In this document: piece after piece, positions 58,311-64,000 of the stretch | Layout of the letters: the number at the start of each line of letters is the position of its first letter | Position numbering within the stretch: the first letter of the stretch is position 1 | Assembly (NCBI GenBank): GCA_002449135.1 | Contig: DKCH01000021.1 | Span: forward strand, 2,395-66,394 | Source of the DNA: Bacillales bacterium UBA6879 | GTDB lineage: Bacteria; Bacillota_I; Bacilli_A; RFN20; CAG-288 | DNA length: 64,000 bases | Direction: 5' to 3' | Position numbers and translations under genes: made by a program | Notes under the pieces: generated by a model | The model's input: only the letters and a program-made list of their open reading frames with translations | The model's database searches: none | What the model was told of the DNA's origin: nothing

Positions 58311-60986
58311 ATGGTTAAAAACAAAATTATGCTTCTTAGCTGCACTTTCTTAACATCTTTATTAGCTTTAACTGGTTGTGGAAGAACTAGCGATAGTACT
58401 GCTTCTAATGTAACTAGTACTAGTACTAGTACAAGTACTTCTACTGGTACTGGTCAAGTTGAAGGTGCAACTGGTGCTTATAACTTTATTGCTGGTACTG
58501 TAGAACAAAAAGCTGAAATTTTAGGACAACTAGAAAAGTATGCTGTCTCTAATCATTTAACTGGTTATTCTTTATTTGGTGATGGAGGTTATTCTTTGTA
58601 TTCATCAAGAATTAACTTCCCGACTAATGAGTACATTGAAGGTTTTGGATGGGGCTTAGCAATGTATGGCTCAATAAATGCTAATGATTCTCACTTTCAA
58701 ATTAGTGATGACGATACTTCTATTAGTGATATTAAGGAATACTATCATTCTTATGATTCAACACCTATTACTAGTTTAAATTATTTAGATGATAAAGGTT
58801 CTCAACTTTCTGATTATTCTTCTTATTTTCAATCTGGTTTATTTAGCACTAAATTAAATGCTAGTAAAACAAATTATGAATGGTATCCATTACTTGCTGA
58901 TAGTATGCCTACACCTGTTGATTTAAATAAATCAACTGGCTTAGCTAAAACTTGGAGATTTAAAATCAAAACTGGAAAAGATGGTGTTAAATATACTACA
59001 GGTTCTACTAGAGATGATCGTAAAGCTTATAACAATAAAGATGTTCAACCAGAAGACTATACCTTTGCATTAAGAGTCTTACTTTCTAGTGATGTTGGAT
59101 ATTATAGAGCTAATCAATATTCTGCAGGTGATGCTGAAATTGTAGGAGCTAGTAACTACAATGCAGCTAGTGCAGATGGTATGTTTTCTGATGCTGCTAA
59201 AAAAGCTTGGGAGAAAGTCGGTTATAAATTAGTTGATAAAGATGGCAATACATATTCTGGAAGTGGTGATTGCTATATTCAAGTTACTTATGTTAACCCT
59301 TGTAATGAATTTAAATCATTCTATCGTTTATCTGATAATTTATTAACTCCTATAAATCAAGATTTCTATAAATTAGTAACTGGCCTTGGTACTGATTCTT
59401 TCCATCCTGAATTCTATATGAACCAAGATTCAAATGGTACTGTTGGTGTTGTTGATAACACCTTAAGCGTTGGCCCATATTATGTAAGACAATTTAATGG
59501 TGCTAATAATGGTGCAATTGTCTTTACTAGAAACGATAATTGGTTTGAAAGAAAAGCCGATTCTAGCTTATATCAAATTAAAGGTTTCAAATATAGATTT
59601 GATACTGGTTTACAAGATGATGCAAATGGCATGATAAATCACTTTAAAGCTAAAGAATGTGATTCTTCTTCTATTCCTGCCAGTGCTTGGAATGACTTCC
59701 AAGATCATGGAGAATTTTATGTAAGAAAGTTATCTAAAAACACTTCTAACTATAAGATGAATGTTAACTCCACCACTGAAAGCAGATGGGAAGAATTATT
59801 TGGTGAAGCAGGAACCATTACTCAAACCAGTAAAAGCCAATACTGGAAAGTTAAACCTATTATGTCTAATTCAAATTTCTTAGATGGTGTTTACTTTGCC
59901 ACTGATAGACAAACAATTGCTAATAATTTACATAAAAATGTCTCTGACACTTATTTCTCTGACAATTATATGATTGATCCTGAAAATGGTGTTTCATACA
60001 ATTCTACTCAAGCGCATAAAGATGCAGTAGCTGATTACCAAACTACAGATGCAGCTGGTAAATCTACTTATGGTTTCGATCTCTCTACTGCTCAATCACT
60101 CTTTTCTAAAGCTTTAAAGGCCTTAACTGATAATGGCACTTATAAGAGTGGTGATACTATTCAATTAGAGGCCTATTATCAAACACAAACAAATGTAGAG
60201 CAATTTGGTAATTATTGGGCAAAAACTATTGAAGATGCTTTTAATGAAGCTGGTAAAAACTATGGTATTACACTAGATATTGTTAATAAATATGATTCAG
60301 TTTGGTCTGATGTTTATTACAAGCATTTAATGGTTGGTCAATTTGATTTCGGTTTCGGTTCTATTTCTGGTAACTCATTAGATCCTGTAAACTTCATGGA
60401 AGTTTTAAAGAGTGATAACTCCTCTGGTTTTACTTTAAACTGGGGTGTTGATACTTCTAAAGTCAGTGAAGATTTGGTTTATGATGGCAAAACTTGGTCC
60501 TTTGATGCTTTATTTAACGCCGCTAACTCTGGTGCTATTGTTCAAAATGGTGAAATGGGGAAGCCTTTCATCTTCAACGATAAGGAATCATTATGGGCAG
60601 AAGATACATCTAAATTAGTCTTTGATTACAATGCTGATTTAGTTACTGAATCTAATCTTCAAATTGAAAATGTTGTAGTTTCTAGCTTAATTATCTCCTT
60701 TGTAAATGAAAATAGTGAAGTCGAATCTGCTTCACTTAGCAATGCATCTGCTACTGCTGATACTGAAAAACATACTCTTACTGTTGATTTTGATAAAGAA
60801 TCATTTGCTAGCTACTTCTATGATGGAGAAGATGAAAATGCCGCATATCAAGCAAGTGAAGAATTTTATAACAAATTACAAGGCAAAAATATTACTATTT
60901 CTACTTCTTTAGGCGCCTATATTACTGTTAATGGCATTGATGGCAGCTACTATACTTTAGTTACTGGTACTGATTCTAATTTCTAA
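58311..60986 (+). CDS. Oligopeptide ABC transporter substrate-binding lipoprotein (OppA-like, Mollicutes-sized)
   Basis: RBS AAGGAGGAA. Signal peptide plus lipobox LALTGC. (Thr-Ser)n linker. 891 aa. Immediately upstream of oppB/oppC. Confidence 0.65.
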   Translation: MVKNKIMLLSCTFLTSLLALTGCGRTSDSTASNVTSTSTSTSTSTGTGQVEGATGAYNFIAGTVEQKAEILGQLEKYAVSNHLTGYSLFGDGGYSLYSSRINFPTNEYIEGFGWGLAMYGSINANDSHFQISDDDTSISDIKEYYHSYDSTPITSLNYLDDKGSQLSDYSSYFQSGLFSTKLNASKTNYEWYPLLADSMPTPVDLNKSTGLAKTWRFKIKTGKDGVKYTTGSTRDDRKAYNNKDVQPEDYTFALRVLLSSDVGYYRANQYSAGDAEIVGASNYNAASADGMFSDAAKKAWEKVGYKLVDKDGNTYSGSGDCYIQVTYVNPCNEFKSFYRLSDNLLTPINQDFYKLVTGLGTDSFHPEFYMNQDSNGTVGVVDNTLSVGPYYVRQFNGANNGAIVFTRNDNWFERKADSSLYQIKGFKYRFDTGLQDDANGMINHFKAKECDSSSIPASAWNDFQDHGEFYVRKLSKNTSNYKMNVNSTTESRWEELFGEAGTITQTSKSQYWKVKPIMSNSNFLDGVYFATDRQTIANNLHKNVSDTYFSDNYMIDPENGVSYNSTQAHKDAVADYQTTDAAGKSTYGFDLSTAQSLFSKALKALTDNGTYKSGDTIQLEAYYQTQTNVEQFGNYWAKTIEDAFNEAGKNYGITLDIVNKYDSVWSDVYYKHLMVGQFDFGFGSISGNSLDPVNFMEVLKSDNSSGFTLNWGVDTSKVSEDLVYDGKTWSFDALFNAANSGAIVQNGEMGKPFIFNDKESLWAEDTSKLVFDYNADLVTESNLQIENVVVSSLIISFVNENSEVESASLSNASATADTEKHTLTVDFDKESFASYFYDGEDENAAYQASEEFYNKLQGKNITISTSLGAYITVNGIDGSYYTLVTGTDSNF

Positions 60987-61007
60987 ATAGTTTAATTTTC
61001 TGTATAA

Positions 61008-61046
61008 AAAGAAGGTGAATTTTAGTAACTCACCTTCTTTTCTATA
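61008..61046 (+). terminator. Intra-operon terminator/attenuator between oppA-like gene and oppB
   Basis: AAAGAAGGTGA...TCACCTTCTTT hairpin followed by TCTATAATTTT. Confidence 0.5.
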
Positions 61047-61091
61047 ATTTTAAAATTTTGCTAAACTATTAACAAAAGAAAGGAAAAAATA

Positions 61092-62132
61092 ATGAACAAG
61101 CTTACTTATATAATTAAAAGATTACTACTAGCTTTCATTACTGGTTTTATTATTATTTCAGTAACATTTATTTTACTTAAGCTAATTAAAGAAGACCCTC
61201 CAGTAGGACTACCTACAGATATTAAAAATTTCTATGATAATCAAGTAAATATTGGATATTCCTATACAAGTCCAGTAATGCTCCCTAATTTAGAATATGA
61301 TTGGGTTTACCAAGATTCTAACACTGGAGTATCTACTTACTATTATTCTTATCCTATTATGAGTCAATATTGGTCATGGCTTTCTAATATCTTTACTAAG
61401 TGGAATTGGGGCACTTCTTTATATATAGAAAAAGGTGCAAATGTCGGATACATAATTAATAAAAGATTGTGGGTTTCTGTTAATATTAATTTAATAACTA
61501 TTATAATTTCTATTCCTTTAGGAATTATCTTTGGTATTATCGCTGCTTTAAAGAAAAATAGACCAGTGGATAGAGTACTTTCTATTACAAATATGATCTT
61601 TATTTCTATTCCATCTTTTGTATTTATTTCTTTACTTGTTATGATTTTCGGCTATGGATTAAAAGTATTACCAACCACTTGGCCGCAAGATACTGCACCT
61701 CAAGCCACTAAGGTTTTAGGCTATATTATTCCTGTTTTGGCCGGAGCATTCTCTGGTATTTGCTCTTACCAAAGAGTTGTAAGAGGAGAATTAACAGAAG
61801 TTATGTCTTCTGACTTTTTACTATTAGCAAGAACAAAAGGTTTAACAAAATCACAAACTGTTGTTAGACATGCTTTAAGAAATGCTATGGTTCCTGTTTT
61901 ACCATCAATTTTAGCTTCTATTGTTGGAGTTTTAGGTGGTTCAGCAATTTTGGAATCAATATATTCTATTCCTGGAATAGGTCAATTATTTATAAGTGCT
62001 ATTAACACAAAAGATTACAATGTTTTAATGATGGATATGGCAGTTTTTACAACTATTGGCTTATTAGCAGGTATAATTTTAGACCTTTCTTATGGCTTCT
62101 TAGATCCACGTATTAGAATGGGGGAAAAATAA
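61092..62132 (+). CDS. oppB: Oligopeptide ABC transporter permease OppB
   Basis: Six TM helices. Conserved LLARTKGLTKSQTVVRHALRNA loop motif. Confidence 0.85.
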   Translation: MNKLTYIIKRLLLAFITGFIIISVTFILLKLIKEDPPVGLPTDIKNFYDNQVNIGYSYTSPVMLPNLEYDWVYQDSNTGVSTYYYSYPIMSQYWSWLSNIFTKWNWGTSLYIEKGANVGYIINKRLWVSVNINLITIIISIPLGIIFGIIAALKKNRPVDRVLSITNMIFISIPSFVFISLLVMIFGYGLKVLPTTWPQDTAPQATKVLGYIIPVLAGAFSGICSYQRVVRGELTEVMSSDFLLLARTKGLTKSQTVVRHALRNAMVPVLPSILASIVGVLGGSAILESIYSIPGIGQLFISAINTKDYNVLMMDMAVFTTIGLLAGIILDLSYGFLDPRIRMGEK

Positions 62133-62133
62133 A

Positions 62134-64000
62134 ATGGAAACTAAACAAGAATATAAAATTCTAGCTTCTGATTTCACATTCGTCCAAAAAGATAAAGAAA
62201 TTAAAGAAGTAAAATTCCAGTCTAAACGTACAACATATTTAAAAGATATTTTTAAGCGTTTTGTTAAAAACAAAGCTTCAGTAGTCGGTTTTATAATTAT
62301 TGGTTTTATTTTATTGATGTCAATTATTTTACCTGTAAGTTTACCTGGACATGTTAATGGAACTTATACTAGTGAACAATATCTTCCACCTAAATTATTT
62401 AATGCCGGAACTGGATTCTGGGATGGTACCTTAAAATATAAAGATATTCCTTACAATAAAGAAACTAATAAAGTTGAGTTTTCAAGTAGTTCAAGCTTAG
62501 TAGAAGAAGGTATTACTGGTCAAATTGAAACATATGAAAATAAAGTAAATTATATTGCAAAACTTGCTAGGGGCGGAGAAATCACATTAAAAAAAGAAAA
62601 ATATTTATTTACTGATGATTTAGAATATACATTCACTAATACTTATAATGTTACTAGCAAATTTTCTACTAATGAATTTGAATTTATTTTAACTTTATCA
62701 CCTAAAGATAGTTCAGGTTCTTATTTAAATGATGCTGGCGAAAGTGAAGAAGGAAAAACAAGTTTAGAAATTTCCTTAGGTAACAATAATAATTTTGAAA
62801 TTAATAGTATTTTAAAGGAAAAATTAAATCCTAATTTAGTAAGTAAATTAAATACTTATACTGCTAGTTTAAAACTTTTAGCTACTAACGATAATGTATT
62901 AAGCAGCTTTAAAATTGAAACCAATGCAAATAATGCTTCAGAATTTGCAAAATTAACTTTAAATGATAAAAATGCTGAAGAATTATATAACATAACTTTA
63001 AAAGAAGATGGGACTGATAAAGTTAGCTTATGGAATCGTTCTGACAAGTCAGTTGTTCCATATCAAGCTACAATGACTTTTGCCTCATTTACTTATGATC
63101 CTTACATAGCAATTTATGGTGTAAGAAAACTTTCTTTATCAAACAGCAATGCTATTAGCGCTTTACAGTTACAAAATTTAGCAAAAGAAGGGGCTATAAG
63201 CTTTGAAATTACAGATGATAATAATACTTCTTATCAATTAAATGATGATGGAACTATTAATGCTCCTCGTACTACTAAAAATCTAAAAATTAAAATTACT
63301 GAACTTGATAGTTCTAAAAATTATATTATTGTAGATGATAACGAACATCCTTACTCAATCTTTACTACCTATCGTAATGGTTTAGGATGGGTTTTCTCCT
63401 TAGAATGTTATGCTTATAATTATAAAATATTAGGTTATTCAAGCATGCCTATCCATCTCTTTGGAACTGATGTTAATGGTTATGATATGCTTAAACTTGT
63501 TGCTCAAGGAACTTTATATTCTTTAGGTTTAGGTATCTTCATTTCTATTATTTGTATGGCTTTTGGTCTTGTTTGGGGTTCAATTTCTGGATACTTTGGT
63601 GGTACTGTTGATATCATCATGGAAAGAATTGTTGATATTTTATCTTATATTCCTTTAATGGTTGTAATTACTTTATTTATGCTTAATTGGGGAAGATCAA
63701 TTGGTATCTTTATTTTGGCAATGTGTTTAACGGGCTGGATTGGAACAGCAGCAGTTACTAGAACTCAATTCTACCGCTTTAAAGGACATGAATATGTTTT
63801 AGCTAGTAGAACCCTTGGTGCTAGTGATGCGCGCTTAATTTCTAAGCATATTTTACCTAATGGTTTAGGAACAATTATTACTTCTTCAGTTTTAATGATT
63901 CCATCAGTAATATACTCAGAAGCTAGCTTATCTTTCTTAGGCTTAGGATTTACTGATATTTATTCTTTAGGCCGTATTATTCAATCTAACCAGTCTTCTA
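62134..64000 (+). CDS. oppC: Oligopeptide ABC transporter permease OppC with large extracytoplasmic insertion (partial, runs off window end)
   Basis: ATG at 62134, 1 nt after the oppB stop. TM1, then a ~400 aa Ser/Asn-rich loop, then the OppC core (...GTDVNGYDMLKL...ASRTLGASD...). Not in the ORF track because it is open at the window end. Confidence 0.8.
   Translation, partial: METKQEYKILASDFTFVQKDKEIKEVKFQSKRTTYLKDIFKRFVKNKASVVGFIIIGFILLMSIILPVSLPGHVNGTYTSEQYLPPKLFNAGTGFWDGTLKYKDIPYNKETNKVEFSSSSSLVEEGITGQIETYENKVNYIAKLARGGEITLKKEKYLFTDDLEYTFTNTYNVTSKFSTNEFEFILTLSPKDSSGSYLNDAGESEEGKTSLEISLGNNNNFEINSILKEKLNPNLVSKLNTYTASLKLLATNDNVLSSFKIETNANNASEFAKLTLNDKNAEELYNITLKEDGTDKVSLWNRSDKSVVPYQATMTFASFTYDPYIAIYGVRKLSLSNSNAISALQLQNLAKEGAISFEITDDNNTSYQLNDDGTINAPRTTKNLKIKITELDSSKNYIIVDDNEHPYSIFTTYRNGLGWVFSLECYAYNYKILGYSSMPIHLFGTDVNGYDMLKLVAQGTLYSLGLGIFISIICMAFGLVWGSISGYFGGTVDIIMERIVDILSYIPLMVVITLFMLNWGRSIGIFILAMCLTGWIGTAAVTRTQFYRFKGHEYVLASRTLGASDARLISKHILPNGLGTIITSSVLMIPSVIYSEASLSFLGLGFTDIYSLGRIIQSNQSS

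Noticed and set aside
1-64000. CRISPR arrays, IS elements/transposases, rRNA genes, integrase genes
   Set aside because: No regularly spaced direct repeats, no transposase- or integrase-like intact ORFs and no rRNA-like segments were seen. Only degraded phage-like fragments occur at 2640-4360.

Overview
This 64 kb window comes from a very AT-rich (~27% GC) wall-less Firmicute relative (Acholeplasma/Tenericutes-like) that uses the standard genetic code: Trp is TGG, and long ORFs need no UGA read-through. Several gene blocks keep Bacillus-type synteny: rny-ymdB, rpsF-ssb-rpsR, sufCDSUB, and gdpP-rplI-dnaB followed by MBL-rlmH. Most of the window is housekeeping plus membrane and transport genes:

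- RNase Y and tmRNA.
- PiT with a PhoU-like partner.
- A UmuC-like Y-family polymerase cassette.
- Ung and a HIT protein.
- Surface lipoproteins.
- MnmG and an Nfu-like protein.
- ComFA/ComFC.
- Two CBS-domain HlyC/CorC proteins.
- A heterodimeric ABC exporter, a MATE pump and oleate hydratase.
- A GNAT plus ABC-2 module.
- The start of an Opp oligopeptide transporter.
- Two tRNAs.

The only accessory-looking region lies just downstream of tmRNA (about 2640-5700). It is a decayed prophage or integrative island with no ORF of 60 aa or more for 1.7 kb, a GC-richer terminase-like gene remnant and short repeated motifs. It carries an intact, translationally coupled HTH(XRE)-fused MNT nucleotidyltransferase / HEPN (HepT-like) pair, followed by a glutaredoxin-like gene. 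Both families are well described, so I do not call it a new system. Its HTH fusion, flanking repeats and island context make it the most likely location of a non-housekeeping defence or addiction module in the window.

Other points worth a second look:
- A poly-C tract beside the -35 of a promoter.
- Extra small genes behind the Y-family polymerase.
- A membrane-anchored endonuclease I family nuclease.
- An unusually short SufD.
- A GNAT gene coupled to an ABC-2 exporter.
- Several uncharacterised membrane operons.

No CRISPR array, IS element or rRNA gene is present.
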